DNA of 64,000 nucleotides from Candidatus Thermofontivivens primus (GTDB taxonomy: Bacteria; Sysuimicrobiota; Sysuimicrobiia; Sysuimicrobiales; Thermofontiviventaceae). Position 1 is the first letter of the stretch. Each line of letters begins with the position of its first letter. Shown piece by piece: positions 18,564 through 28,881 of this stretch. The position numbers and the translations under genes were made by a program. The DNA lies in assembly GCA_031458695.1 (NCBI GenBank), contig JAVKJW010000004.1:1-64000 (forward strand), read 5' to 3'. The notes below the pieces were generated by a model that made no database searches, was not told the origin of the DNA, and was given only the letters and a program-made list of their open reading frames with translations.

Positions 18564-18859
18564 CCCTGTTCACCTGGCCCTTCTCCGCAGGCGTCCTCCG
18601 GGCCCAGGTGCACACCTCCTTTCACCGAGTCTAAGGAAAGCTTTAACTACTTTCTCGCAGGGCCCCCCGTTTTCCTCTGAACGCTTTGCCAAGAGCAGCC
18701 AACAAACTCACCCTCCGTAGGGAAGTCATTGGATCCAGCGAAGACGAGGCAGGAAATATGGTCTCGTTTAAAGAAAAGGGTTTACGTAAGGAGAGTCCGG
18801 ACGATCTTATAAATAGAATTCAACTGGAACACATCCCCTAGGAAAGGAGTTCAACAACG

Positions 18860-20812
18860 TTGCAGGGTCTCTCTGTCGCCGACCTTGGGTCCATCCGCTT
18901 TGTGAGTGATCCTCAGATCTCCCCGGACGGGTCGCGCATCGCCTTTGTTGTAACGACCCTGGACCTTGAGGCCAATGAAGTCCGGTCAGCGATCTGGATG
19001 ATTCCGACACAGGGTGGGGAGGCCTTCCGGTTCACGTGGGGAGGGAAACAGGACCATTCTCCCCGCTGGTCTCCCGATGGACGGTGGATTGCCTTCTTCT
19101 CTAACCGCACCGGGAACACCGAGATATGGGTCATCCCCGTGGATGGAGGCGAGCCCAGGCAGTTGACCTCCCTTCAGGCAAGGGTCAGCCAGCTGAGCTG
19201 GTCCCCAGACAGCCGGAGGATCGCCTTTACGGTATCGAGCGCGCCAAGCAAGGAAGAACCTCCGGTAGTCCGCGAGATCTCCCGAATCCGCTTCCGGTTT
19301 GAGGGGCAGGGGCTGCTGGAAAGCCGGAACCACATTTGGATGGTCTCCGTCGATGGTGGTGACCCAGTACAGCTCACTGAAGGGGACCATGACCACGAGT
19401 TTCCCTCCTGGTCCCCCGATGGGGTGCGCATCGCCTTCGTGGCCAACAGGACACCAGAAGAGGACTACACAGATGCCCGGGATGTGTGGACGCTTTCCCT
19501 TTCCGATGGTTCGCTGCACCAACTCACCCATCACAGCGGCCCTGCCCTCTGCCCCGTATGGTCTCCCGATGGGAAATGGGTCGCCTTCCTCGGTCACGAC
19601 AACCACGCCGGGCCCGCTACGAACATGGGAGTCTGGATCGTGCCATCTTCAGGAGGGGAAGCAGTCCACCTCACCCGTGCATTGGACCGGTCGGTGGGGA
19701 ATCACGTCTCCAGCGATGCCCGCGTGAACGCGCAGGTCGTCCCCCCTGCTTGGACAGCGGATGGGCGCTTCCTTCTGTTCATCGCCACTGACCGCGGGAA
19801 CACCCATCTCTTCCAGGTGGACTGCGAAGGCCGGCACATCGAGCAACGCTCCCTCGAAGAAAGGGAGGTCATCACTGCGTTCAGCATCAGCCGGAACGGA
19901 ACCATCGCCTATACCGCGATGAACCCCCTGAACCTTGAAGAGATATGGCTCATGGAACCCCAGGGGGAGCCGCGGCGCTTGACCGACTTCAACGGCGCCT
20001 TTCTGGCCTCCCGACAGCTCTCCGATCCCGAGCAGATCACCGTTGCAGGGGCCGATGGCTGGCCTATCGATGCCTGGGTATTCAAACCCCTCGGGCTTGA
20101 CCGTGGCGAGCGCTCTCCGCTGGTCCTGCGCATCCATGGGGGACCCCACGCTGCGTACGGCAATGCCTTTTACTTCTTCACCCAGTTGCTTACCGCTGAG
20201 GGATACGCGGTCCTCCAGGTCAACCCGCGGGGGAGCCAGGGGTACGGCGAGGCGTTCACCCAGGCCGTGGTAAGGGATTGGGGCGGGAAGGACTATGAGG
20301 ACCTCATGCGCGCCGTGGACCACGTGATCGCGCAAGGGGATGTTGACCCCAAGCGGATGGCAGTGACGGGTGGGAGCTACGGAGGGTATATGACGAATTG
20401 GATCGTCACCCAAACCGATCGCTTCCGGTGTGCCATCAGCGAGGTCGGGATCAGCAACCTCTACAACTTCTTCGGGACAAGCGACATTGGCTACCTATGG
20501 GGAGAGAAGGAGTGGGGAGGCACGCCTTGGAACAACGCAGAGGAGCTCCTCGCGCGTTCCCCCATCCGTTATGTGGAACGGGTGAACACCCCTCTTTTGC
20601 TCATCGGTGCCGAGGGAGACCTGCGCTGCCCCATTGAACAGACCGAGCAGTTCTTCGTCGCCTTGAAGAAGCTCGGCAAGGAGGTAAAGTTCCTCCGCTT
20701 TGGTGGGGAAGGTCACACCTTCGGCAGCACAGGGAAACCACAAGCGCGCGTCGAGCGCTTTCAGCACATCCTCGACTGGCTCCGGCAGTATTTGAAGGAA
20801 GAACGAGGATGA
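18860..20812 (+). CDS. S9 family peptidase (acylaminoacyl-peptidase-like) with PD40 propeller
   Basis: Repeated WSPDG, IHGGPH, GGSYGG nucleophile, DLRC, EGH. Confidence 0.93.
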   Translation: MQGLSVADLGSIRFVSDPQISPDGSRIAFVVTTLDLEANEVRSAIWMIPTQGGEAFRFTWGGKQDHSPRWSPDGRWIAFFSNRTGNTEIWVIPVDGGEPRQLTSLQARVSQLSWSPDSRRIAFTVSSAPSKEEPPVVREISRIRFRFEGQGLLESRNHIWMVSVDGGDPVQLTEGDHDHEFPSWSPDGVRIAFVANRTPEEDYTDARDVWTLSLSDGSLHQLTHHSGPALCPVWSPDGKWVAFLGHDNHAGPATNMGVWIVPSSGGEAVHLTRALDRSVGNHVSSDARVNAQVVPPAWTADGRFLLFIATDRGNTHLFQVDCEGRHIEQRSLEEREVITAFSISRNGTIAYTAMNPLNLEEIWLMEPQGEPRRLTDFNGAFLASRQLSDPEQITVAGADGWPIDAWVFKPLGLDRGERSPLVLRIHGGPHAAYGNAFYFFTQLLTAEGYAVLQVNPRGSQGYGEAFTQAVVRDWGGKDYEDLMRAVDHVIAQGDVDPKRMAVTGGSYGGYMTNWIVTQTDRFRCAISEVGISNLYNFFGTSDIGYLWGEKEWGGTPWNNAEELLARSPIRYVERVNTPLLLIGAEGDLRCPIEQTEQFFVALKKLGKEVKFLRFGGEGHTFGSTGKPQARVERFQHILDWLRQYLKEERG

Positions 20813-20884
20813 GCACACCGGGCTCCCCTGCTTTTCCTCGCTACCTTGACGGCAAGGAGAGGGGGACCTTATACTGGGGGTGAC

Positions 20885-20960
<76 letters not shown>

Positions 20961-21095
20961 CGCACTCTCACACAATCGCTGGATTCGTCAGATTCTCCTG
21001 GTTTTCCATTGTTCCGTCCCTCCAGCCTCCTCTCCGCCCTTCTGGGTCCCCTTCATCTGTTTAAGGCAGGACTACCTGCCGCGTCGAGGAAACGC

Positions 21096-22118
21096 TCAGG
21101 TTGGCTGATCCTTCACCTTCGACCGTTCCAGTCGGCGGCCACCCGCGCTGACCACCGCGATGGCGAAGCCGTCCTCATCTCTGGTGACGAACCCCTCTTG
21201 CAGCTCCGTCTTCCGGCTCACAGGCGCCTTGAGCACGACAGACTCAAACACCTCCAACCCCAGGTGTGCCAGCGACTCCACCGGCGCCCTGGCTTGGCCT
21301 AAGCGCCGGGCCAGGTCGAGCACGTCATCCGGTGATGGGAGCACTAGGGAGAAGTGCAGCAGTTGAACTGTGTTGGAGGGCGGCGGAGGCGCGTCCTGAC
21401 CGATCCAAATGTTGGCCCCGATGTGATGGTGGTAGCCGCCCGCGGAAAAGAAAAGCGCGCCGGAACCGAAGCGGAGCACCAGATCCAACCCCAAGGCCTC
21501 CCGGTAGAAGCGCTCGGCTCGTTCCAGGCTGGAGACATGCAGGTGGATATGACCGAGCCGCGTCCCGCTAGGCATACCGTTCAGCTTGGAGTCAGACCCA
21601 GCGTGATCGTCGTATATCCCTGGGCGACGCTCTTCGGGCGGAAGTTCCGTCATGAGGCCATCCCAGTCGAGGGGCTCGGTGGTCATCAAGATCTTCTCGC
21701 CGCGCCGCGGCCACTGATCTCTCGGTCGGTCCGCGTACAGCTCGATGCCGTGGCCGTCGGGATCCAATAGGTATATCGCCTCACTCACCCAGTGGTCGGC
21801 GGCGCCGTCGATAGGCCACCTCCTCCGGACGAGCCTTACAGCGGCACGCGCGAGGTCCCTCCGTGTGGGGAGGCATAGGGCAAAGTGGTACAATCCCCGG
21901 CAGTGCGCGGGTTTGGGTTGCGCTCCAGGCCAATGGGTGAGTAGGACGAGCGGCACTGGCTGCGAACCTGTTGCACCGTCTTTCTCCACGCCCATGACGA
22001 TGAACCCTGGGGAGCGCCTCAGTATCTGCAATCCCACAACACCCTCATAGAAAGCCGCTGAACGCTCCAGGTCTGCTACGCTGAGGTGCACCCACCCGAG
22101 TTCCATGTCTGGATGCAT
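21096..22118 (-). CDS. VOC family protein, CatE-like catechol 2,3-dioxygenase/glyoxalase
   Basis: VHLSVADL, GLYHFA, DHWVSEAIYL.DPDGHGIELY.DRP, GHIHL, GGYHHHIGAN. Confidence 0.88.
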   Translation of the reverse strand: MHPDMELGWVHLSVADLERSAAFYEGVVGLQILRRSPGFIVMGVEKDGATGSQPVPLVLLTHWPGAQPKPAHCRGLYHFALCLPTRRDLARAAVRLVRRRWPIDGAADHWVSEAIYLLDPDGHGIELYADRPRDQWPRRGEKILMTTEPLDWDGLMTELPPEERRPGIYDDHAGSDSKLNGMPSGTRLGHIHLHVSSLERAERFYREALGLDLVLRFGSGALFFSAGGYHHHIGANIWIGQDAPPPPSNTVQLLHFSLVLPSPDDVLDLARRLGQARAPVESLAHLGLEVFESVVLKAPVSRKTELQEGFVTRDEDGFAIAVVSAGGRRLERSKVKDQPT

Positions 22119-22341
22119 ACAACGAGCCTCCTCTCCTCGTTGACGTTTCGTGAACACGCTGACGTTCCCTATTGACGTTCCTTATTATAGATGAAAATAG
22201 AGAAACTGTGAGAAGTCATCGCCACGGAGGTCCTTTCCGACCTCCTCCCGCTCCCGCGAAGCTGCAGGCTGTATGGACCGCCGGGGGAACGCGGTAACGG
22301 TTGATTTGAGAAGGGTGAGAGGAGAGGGGTTCTCAGCGTTC

Positions 22342-22394
22342 TTGACAGAAAGAAATTTTCATAATAGCATCGCTTTTGGGAAGGATTTTTTCAT
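22342..22394 (+). promoter_or_regulatory. sigma70 promoter of murR cluster with two candidate RpiR operator boxes
   Basis: TTGACA(22342)-17-TAGCAT; GAAAGAAATTTTCAT (22348) and GAAGGATTTTTTCAT (22380). Confidence 0.6.
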
Positions 22395-22417
22395 AACCAA
22401 AAGAAGATCTTCCTGAG

Positions 22418-23290
22418 ATGTGTCCACCTACGGCTCTCGGGAAACTGCAATCTGGTAGCTTCATCAAGATCCGCGAGATCGCGGAATCCCTCACGGATGC
22501 CGAGCGACGGGTAGCAAGATACATCCTGCGCCACCCACACGAGATCCCCCAGATCTCGATCACGGAACTCTCCGAACGCGCCAGGGTGAGCGAGGCAACC
22601 GTGGTCCGATTGTGCAAACGGGTAGGATTACGCGGCTACCAGGACCTACGCATCCGGCTCGCGCTCGATCTCTCCAACCAGACCTTTAGGATCCATGAGG
22701 AAATCGATCCTTCGGATCATTTGGATGCAATCAGCCAGAAACTCCTGCACCGGGCAACGCAGACCCTTCAGGACACCATCCAAGTTCTCGATCGGGAGGC
22801 ACTCCAGCGAGCTGTGGACCGGATCTGTGAGGCACGCCGCATCGATCTCTACGGCGTAGGGGCTTCAGGGGTTGTTGCCCTTGATGCGGAGCAAAAGTTC
22901 CTCCGAATCGGCCTCCAGGCGCGGGCTTTCATTGACCCCCATCTCCAAGCAACCTCGGCAGCGTTGTTGACTCCTCAAGATGTGGCCATCGGAATCTCCC
23001 ACTCTGGGAGTACGAAGGACACCGTGAACGCACTCGCTATCGCTCAGCGCAACCGTGCTTATACCATCGCCATCACGCAATATGCTCCCTCCCCGATCAC
23101 AAAATTCGCGGACACAGTCCTGCACACCGTGGCACATGAGCCTTTGCTCCGGGAGGCAGCGATCGAATCCCGCCTTGCCGCCCTCTTCGTCATCGACATG
23201 GTGTTCGTGGCAGTGGTCATGCGTCTGGCCCCACAAACGGTCCGTCGCCTGGCACAGACGCGCAACGCGGTCCTGGATCGTAAGTTCTAA
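22418..23290 (+). CDS. MurR/RpiR family transcriptional regulator
   Basis: HTH SEATVVRLCK.VG..GY; SIS domain YGVGAS, ISHSG. Confidence 0.93.
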   Translation: MCPPTALGKLQSGSFIKIREIAESLTDAERRVARYILRHPHEIPQISITELSERARVSEATVVRLCKRVGLRGYQDLRIRLALDLSNQTFRIHEEIDPSDHLDAISQKLLHRATQTLQDTIQVLDREALQRAVDRICEARRIDLYGVGASGVVALDAEQKFLRIGLQARAFIDPHLQATSAALLTPQDVAIGISHSGSTKDTVNALAIAQRNRAYTIAITQYAPSPITKFADTVLHTVAHEPLLREAAIESRLAALFVIDMVFVAVVMRLAPQTVRRLAQTRNAVLDRKF

Positions 23291-23291
23291 G

Positions 23292-23328
23292 TACCCCGGC
23301 AAACTCTCTTTGAGATTTTGCCGGGGTG
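23292..23328. repeat. REP-like palindrome copy
   Basis: TACCCCGGCAAA...TTTGCCGGGGTG directly after the murR stop codon. Confidence 0.75.
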
Positions 23329-23356
23329 CATAAGCGTGAGATGGAGGTGAAGGAAG

Positions 23357-24910
23357 ATGCGAAGGCGTGTGATGGCCATCATCCTGATGGTGACAATGAT
23401 TCTGGCTGCCCAAGTTGCCACTGGCCAGCCTGGACCCACACGCGGCGGGACGATCCGCGTGGGGATTACCCAGGAGGTCTTGAACCTCGATCCCCACGTT
23501 GCTACCGCCTTTTCATCGTTTCAAGTCCTTGACTTGATCTATGAAAGTCTCCTGCGCTTGAATCCCCAGACATTACGGCTGGAACCTAACCTTGCTGAGT
23601 CCTGGACCGTCTCATCAGACGGGTTGACCTATACTTTTACCCTCCGCCGGGATGCGGTATTCCACGACGGAACCCAGGTGGACGCCACAGACGTCAAATA
23701 CACCATTGAACGTATCCTTAACCCAGCGACCAAATCCCCTCAGGCGAGTTTCCTCGAGCCGATCAAGGAGGTCACGGTTGTCAACCCCTTTGTGGTCCGG
23801 ATCACCCTGAAGAGGCCATTTGCGCCATTCCTCTTCCTCCTGACCGGCCCCGGTCGCGGGATCGTCCCCTTGAACTTCGAGGAAAAAGTGGGTGACCCGC
23901 GGGTGAAGACACTCGGGAGTGGCCCGTATCGGCTTGAGCGCTTCACAACAGGCGAGGTGCGCCTTGTCCGCCATGACCGGTACTGGCGGAGAGACGGTCA
24001 AGGGAACCGTCTCCCCTACGCCGATGCTGTGATTTACCGAGTGATTCCCGATCCAGCGACCCTTCGCGCCGCCTTGCAGGCAGGGGATGTAGACCTGATC
24101 ATAGGATTCGGGGTAGACATCAACACAGCGCGGGCGCTCAGCGGGGTGGCGGGATTACGGATCGCTTCCACTCCAGACCTCTCCTACAGCCTGCTGGGGA
24201 TCAATAACGAACGCCCGCCTATGAACGATGTACGCGTGCGGCAGGCGATGAGCATGGCCGTGAACCGGCAACAACTTGCTCAAATCGTCTACTCTGGCCG
24301 CGCAGTTCCTGCAGGTCCTATCCCACCCACCGCAGAGGAGTGGAACCCGATCCCGGCCCAACGTCTTCCCAATTCCGCATATAACCCGGCGCGCAGCAGG
24401 GATCTGCTAGCCCAGGCTGGCTATCCTCGTGGGGTGACGATCAAGATGATGCCGATCCCCACGGTCCCAGAGGCGGTGCAAATCGCCCAAGTGCTCAAAG
24501 AGCAGATGGCCAAAGCAGGGTTCAACGTGGAGATCGAACAAGTGGATTTTGCCACCTTCCTTGCTCGATGGCGGGGGAGCCAGTTTGATACGTTCGTATC
24601 CCTGAATAGCGGATCCATTGACCCGGATATCCACCTCTACCGGCACATCCATTCCAAAGGCGCTACCAACGTGTTCAAGTTCCGCGACCCAACCATTGAC
24701 AAGCTCTTAGACGAGGCGAGGGTGACCTTCGATGCGAAGAAGAGACGTCAGCTCTACACACAGCTTCAGCGGGAAATTGCGGAGAAGGTTCCCTTCCTCT
24801 TCCTGTTGTATGCCGACCTCTTCGCAATCAGCCGCGAACAGCTCCAGGGATTCGTCCTCTCGCCCACTCGGACGATGACTCCGCTGGCAGAATCGTGGCT
24901 CGCTCGTTGA
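23357..24910 (+). CDS. peptide/nickel ABC substrate-binding protein (family 5)
   Basis: Signal peptide; LDPH, IYESL, LAESW, FHDG, GSGPY, VRQAM. Confidence 0.92.
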   Translation: MRRRVMAIILMVTMILAAQVATGQPGPTRGGTIRVGITQEVLNLDPHVATAFSSFQVLDLIYESLLRLNPQTLRLEPNLAESWTVSSDGLTYTFTLRRDAVFHDGTQVDATDVKYTIERILNPATKSPQASFLEPIKEVTVVNPFVVRITLKRPFAPFLFLLTGPGRGIVPLNFEEKVGDPRVKTLGSGPYRLERFTTGEVRLVRHDRYWRRDGQGNRLPYADAVIYRVIPDPATLRAALQAGDVDLIIGFGVDINTARALSGVAGLRIASTPDLSYSLLGINNERPPMNDVRVRQAMSMAVNRQQLAQIVYSGRAVPAGPIPPTAEEWNPIPAQRLPNSAYNPARSRDLLAQAGYPRGVTIKMMPIPTVPEAVQIAQVLKEQMAKAGFNVEIEQVDFATFLARWRGSQFDTFVSLNSGSIDPDIHLYRHIHSKGATNVFKFRDPTIDKLLDEARVTFDAKKRRQLYTQLQREIAEKVPFLFLLYADLFAISREQLQGFVLSPTRTMTPLAESWLAR

Positions 24911-24964
24911 GAGCAGTTTGCGAGGAGGTCTCGCCAGGCTGGTTCGCTGGCAGAGGAGGGCCCA

Positions 24965-25912
24965 ATGCAACGGTACGTCGGGCAACGCCTGGTACAGTTG
25001 GTGCCAGTCTTGTTCGCCGTCTCCGTTCTTGTCTTCGCCCTTATGCACATCATCCCGGGGGATCCTGCACAACTGCTCTTAGGTTTTGAGAACACAGATC
25101 CTCAGCAACTTGCGCGGGTACGCAGGGAGTTCGGGCTGGATCAACCGATCTACGTCCAATACGGCCTCTGGCTGAAGAAGATCCTAAGCGGCGATCTGGG
25201 CATATCCGTGCGTACGGGGCGACCGATCACAGAGCTCGTGGGGGAAGCACTCCCGTTCACGGTGGAGCTCGCTACCTACGCACTCATCCTCGCCGTCAGC
25301 ACCGCGATTCCGGTCGGGGTGTGGGCAGCTACTACCAGATCCCGACTTGCTGACGCTGCGTTGCAGCTCTTCACACTGTTTGGGTTGTCCCTTCCGGCGT
25401 TCTGGATCGGCTCGATGCTGATCCTCCTGTTCAGTGTCAGGCTCCGCTGGTTCCCAGTCCTGTCCTATCCCGCACTGTGGCAGGATCCCCTGGCAAACCT
25501 CCGGGGGTTCTTCCTCCCCGCCCTCACGTTGGCCATTCCCAATGCTGCCGCCATTGCCCGAATGGTCAGAGGAGCTATGATCAGCGTCCGCGGAGAGGAT
25601 TACATCCGGACGGCGCGAGGGAAAGGACTCCATGAACGGGTGGTGATCCGCCGTCACATGCTGAAGAATGCCCTGATCCCCATCGTCACGCTCATTGGCA
25701 TCGTTGCTGGGTACTTGCTCGGCGGCTCCATCGTGGTCGAGCAGGTATTCGCCATTCCAGGGATCGGGCGTATGGGACTCCAGGCGATTATCCAGCGAGA
25801 CTACCCGGTCCTGCAAGCTGTTGTGCTGCTCGTGACGACTTTGTTCGTTCTCACCAACCTTCTCGTGGACCTCCTCTATGTCCTCTTGGATCCGAGGATT
25901 CGCTATGCGTGA
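24965..25912 (+). CDS. peptide ABC permease (DppB/OppB-like)
   Basis: PGDPA, GLDQP, GDLG.S, DYIRTARGKG, RDYPVLQ. Confidence 0.93.
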   Translation: MQRYVGQRLVQLVPVLFAVSVLVFALMHIIPGDPAQLLLGFENTDPQQLARVRREFGLDQPIYVQYGLWLKKILSGDLGISVRTGRPITELVGEALPFTVELATYALILAVSTAIPVGVWAATTRSRLADAALQLFTLFGLSLPAFWIGSMLILLFSVRLRWFPVLSYPALWQDPLANLRGFFLPALTLAIPNAAAIARMVRGAMISVRGEDYIRTARGKGLHERVVIRRHMLKNALIPIVTLIGIVAGYLLGGSIVVEQVFAIPGIGRMGLQAIIQRDYPVLQAVVLLVTTLFVLTNLLVDLLYVLLDPRIRYA

Positions 25913-26789
25913 AGCCACCGCCATCACAACAATCCCTCGCCCCGCGTACCGCCGCAGGCCCGCCCTTCTCCGGTTTCCAAAGGCGGCGGTGGGTCTTGCC
26001 ATTGTCGCTCTGGTAGTCCTCTTGGCGGTCTTTGCAAGCTGGATCGCGCCGTACCCGCCTACAGAGATGCACCCGGTAGATCGATTTGTTGCCCCGAGCC
26101 AGAAGTATCTGTTGGGCACCGACTTCTACGGGAGAGACTTGTTGAGCCGTATCTTGGTTGGCTACCGGGTATCCCTCCTGATCGCATTCCTGTCGGTGGG
26201 GTTTGCCCTCACCATCGGGGGAAGTCTTGGCATCGTCGCCGGCTACTACGGTGGGACAGTTGACACCATCGTCATGCGCACCATGGACGTCTTATTCGCT
26301 TTTCCGGTCCTCCTCCTGGCGATCACCATCGTCGTCGTCCTGGGACCCGGGACACTGACCACCGTTCTCGCCATTGGGATCGTATACGTCCCGATCTTCG
26401 CCCGCATCGCCCGGGGTCCAACCTTAGTAACCCGAGAGCACCTCTACATCGAGGCAGCAAAGGCGCTTGGGGCTCCTTCATTCCGGATCCTCCTTCGACA
26501 CGTCTTGCCCAACGTAAGCACGCCGATCCTCGTCCAGGCGTCCATCAACCTGGCAACCGCAATCCTGTTTGAGTCAGCGCTGAGCTTCTTGGGATTAGGG
26601 GCTCAGCCTCCCTACCCTTCGCTTGGGATGATGGTCAGCGAGGGGCGCAACTTTCTGGAGCTGAGTCCCTGGCCCACGGTTTTCCCTGGGTTAGCCATTG
26701 TGCTCGCCGTGTTAGGTTTTAACCTGATTGGCGACGCGCTTCAAGAGATTCTCGATCCGCGCCTCAGGCCAACATGGACGGGATCGTGA
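25905..26789 (+). CDS. peptide ABC permease (DppC/OppC-like)
   Basis: LGTDFYGRD, YIEAAKALGA, HVLPN, LSFLGLG, FNLIGD. Confidence 0.93.
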   Translation: MREATAITTIPRPAYRRRPALLRFPKAAVGLAIVALVVLLAVFASWIAPYPPTEMHPVDRFVAPSQKYLLGTDFYGRDLLSRILVGYRVSLLIAFLSVGFALTIGGSLGIVAGYYGGTVDTIVMRTMDVLFAFPVLLLAITIVVVLGPGTLTTVLAIGIVYVPIFARIARGPTLVTREHLYIEAAKALGAPSFRILLRHVLPNVSTPILVQASINLATAILFESALSFLGLGAQPPYPSLGMMVSEGRNFLELSPWPTVFPGLAIVLAVLGFNLIGDALQEILDPRLRPTWTGS

Positions 26790-27958
26790 GGGAAGGGGTT
26801 CCAGAAGACGCAGGCCTCCAACCTGATCGGATCCGCGAGGCCGAGCAGCTTGTAGAGGAAGGGGTCCGGTCGGGGGTATTTGCTGGTGCCGTCATGCTCG
26901 TCTCAAGGAACGGCATCCTCGGATGGCATGGGGCATATGGCTATGCCCAGCTCGTTCCCTCTCCACGGCCGATGACCCTTGATACCCTTTTCGATCTTGC
27001 CTCCCTCACGAAAGTCACGGCGACCTTGCCCGTGGTGATGCGACTCTTGGATTTTGGGATTCTCGACTTAGATGCGCCGGTCCAGACGGTGATCGCCGAG
27101 TTCCATGGCGGAGGCCGTGAAGCAGTCACAGTGCGCCATCTCCTGGCTCACACTTCTGGGTTACCGGCATGGCGGCCTCTGTACCTCCGCACGCGCAAGC
27201 GGGAAGATGTCCTTCAAGTCCTCTGTAGCATCCCTTTGGCAAACCAACCAGGGGAAGTGGTTGTGTACTCAGACCTCGGAATGCTCCTGCTGGGGTTCTT
27301 CATCGAGCGAGTGACCGGAGAGAGGCTGGACCGACTGTTTCACCAGTTGGTCGCAGAGCCATTGGAGTTGAAGGAGACGATGTTCACCCCTCCACCCGAG
27401 CTTCGGCAGCGATGCGCAGCCACTGAGGAAGGAAACGAAGTTGAGAAAGAGATGGCCGGGGAGGATGGAAGAGGATTCCCCTGGAGAACACACGTCCTGT
27501 GCGGTGAGGTCCACGACGGCAACGCATACTACGCGATGGAGGGTGTGGCCGCCCACGCCGGGTTGTTCTCCACAGCAAAAGAGGTTGCGCGCATCGCGCA
27601 ACACTGGATCACTCCAGGCAGCTTTCTCTCGGCGAGCGCTGTGGCCGAGGCGACAATGCTCCAAACCCGCCACGCAAAGGGTCCACCTCGCGGCCTTGGC
27701 TGGGAGCTATACCATCCTGAGGTATTCTTCGCAGCCTTCGGAAGCCGGTCATTCGGCCATACGGGCTTCACAGGCACCTCCGTTGCAGTAGACCCCGATG
27801 AAGGCTTGGTCGTTGTTCTCCTCACAAACCGCGTCCACCCGAGAGGGAACAACAACGCCATCGAGGAGTTCCGGAGGCGGTTCTACGCCGCCATCCGAAG
27901 GGCGCTTGTCCATGGATCCACAAAGGGCGGTAGCCGGTGCACTCGAGAGGAGGCATAG
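26774..27958 (+). CDS. serine hydrolase, beta-lactamase family (putative muropeptide amidase/esterase)
   Basis: FDLASLTK (SxxK), LLAHTSG, YSD, VHD, GHTGFTG. Confidence 0.88.
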   Translation: MDGIVREGVPEDAGLQPDRIREAEQLVEEGVRSGVFAGAVMLVSRNGILGWHGAYGYAQLVPSPRPMTLDTLFDLASLTKVTATLPVVMRLLDFGILDLDAPVQTVIAEFHGGGREAVTVRHLLAHTSGLPAWRPLYLRTRKREDVLQVLCSIPLANQPGEVVVYSDLGMLLLGFFIERVTGERLDRLFHQLVAEPLELKETMFTPPPELRQRCAATEEGNEVEKEMAGEDGRGFPWRTHVLCGEVHDGNAYYAMEGVAAHAGLFSTAKEVARIAQHWITPGSFLSASAVAEATMLQTRHAKGPPRGLGWELYHPEVFFAAFGSRSFGHTGFTGTSVAVDPDEGLVVVLLTNRVHPRGNNNAIEEFRRRFYAAIRRALVHGSTKGGSRCTREEA

Positions 27959-27969
27959 CGTATCCAACG

Positions 27970-28881
27970 ATGTTTGAGGATCTCCTCACCGAACAACGCA
28001 ACCCAAGAAGTATGTCCCTTGACCAGATGACCACGTTGGAAATCCTCGCGCTCATCAACGAGGAAGATGCAAAGGTAGCGCCAGCAGTACGCGAGGCCTT
28101 GCCACAGATTGCTGCCGCAGTGGAGCTCGTGATCGATCGCCTTCAGAAAGGCGGGCGGGTATTCTATGTGGGAGCGGGTACCAGTGGGCGGATCGGCCTT
28201 CTGGACGCCCTTGAATGGCCCCCCACATTTGGGGTTGATCGTGACGTAGCCCAGGCGATCGTCGCTGGTGGGGAAGCGGCAGCCATCGAATCTGCCTCAG
28301 AGCTCGAAGACGATGCAGATCTAGGCGCGGCAGATCTCTCTGCGCGAGGAGTCCGCCCAGTGGACGTGGTCATTGGAATCTCGGCCAGTGGGAGGACCCC
28401 GTACGTGGTCGGTGCCTTGCGCGCTGCGCGGCACATCGGCGCGGCGACCGTCAGCCTCTCTTGCAACCCCAATGGGGCGATGGCCGAGCTCGCAGATGTG
28501 GCTATTACCGTCCTCGTGGGGCCTGAGGTCCTGACTGGTTCCACGCGCATGAAGGCAGGAACAGCTCAGAAGATGGTCCTGAACATGATCAGCACGACCG
28601 CAATGGTTCGCCTGGGCAAAGTCTACAGCAACCTGATGGTGGACCTCCAGCCCCTGAACCGGAAGCTGCTTGAGCGGGCGCGCCGGATCGTCGCTGAAGC
28701 CGCGGGCATCTCCTACGAAGAAGCTGCGCGCTTCCTCGAGGCCGCCCAGAACCATGTGAAGGCGGCAATCGTGATGGCAGTCACCAGGTGCGACCTTCCC
28801 TCCGCCCTCGAACGGCTGCAACGAGCAGGCGGTTTTGTCCGGCAGGCCATCGAGTCGGGAAAAGGTCAAGGAGGGTCTTGA
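27970..28881 (+). CDS. murQ: N-acetylmuramic acid 6-phosphate etherase
   Basis: TEQRN, GAGTSGR, PPTFG, ASGRTPYV, GPEVLTGSTRMKAGTAQK, NLMVD. Confidence 0.96.
   Translation: MFEDLLTEQRNPRSMSLDQMTTLEILALINEEDAKVAPAVREALPQIAAAVELVIDRLQKGGRVFYVGAGTSGRIGLLDALEWPPTFGVDRDVAQAIVAGGEAAAIESASELEDDADLGAADLSARGVRPVDVVIGISASGRTPYVVGALRAARHIGAATVSLSCNPNGAMAELADVAITVLVGPEVLTGSTRMKAGTAQKMVLNMISTTAMVRLGKVYSNLMVDLQPLNRKLLERARRIVAEAAGISYEEAARFLEAAQNHVKAAIVMAVTRCDLPSALERLQRAGGFVRQAIESGKGQGGS

Noticed and set aside
18550..18620. Leader peptide/attenuator (AGGAGG followed by GTG and a CACCTGG...CCAGGTG hairpin)
   Set aside because: RBS-to-start spacing is too short, with no regulatory codon run or U-tract terminator.
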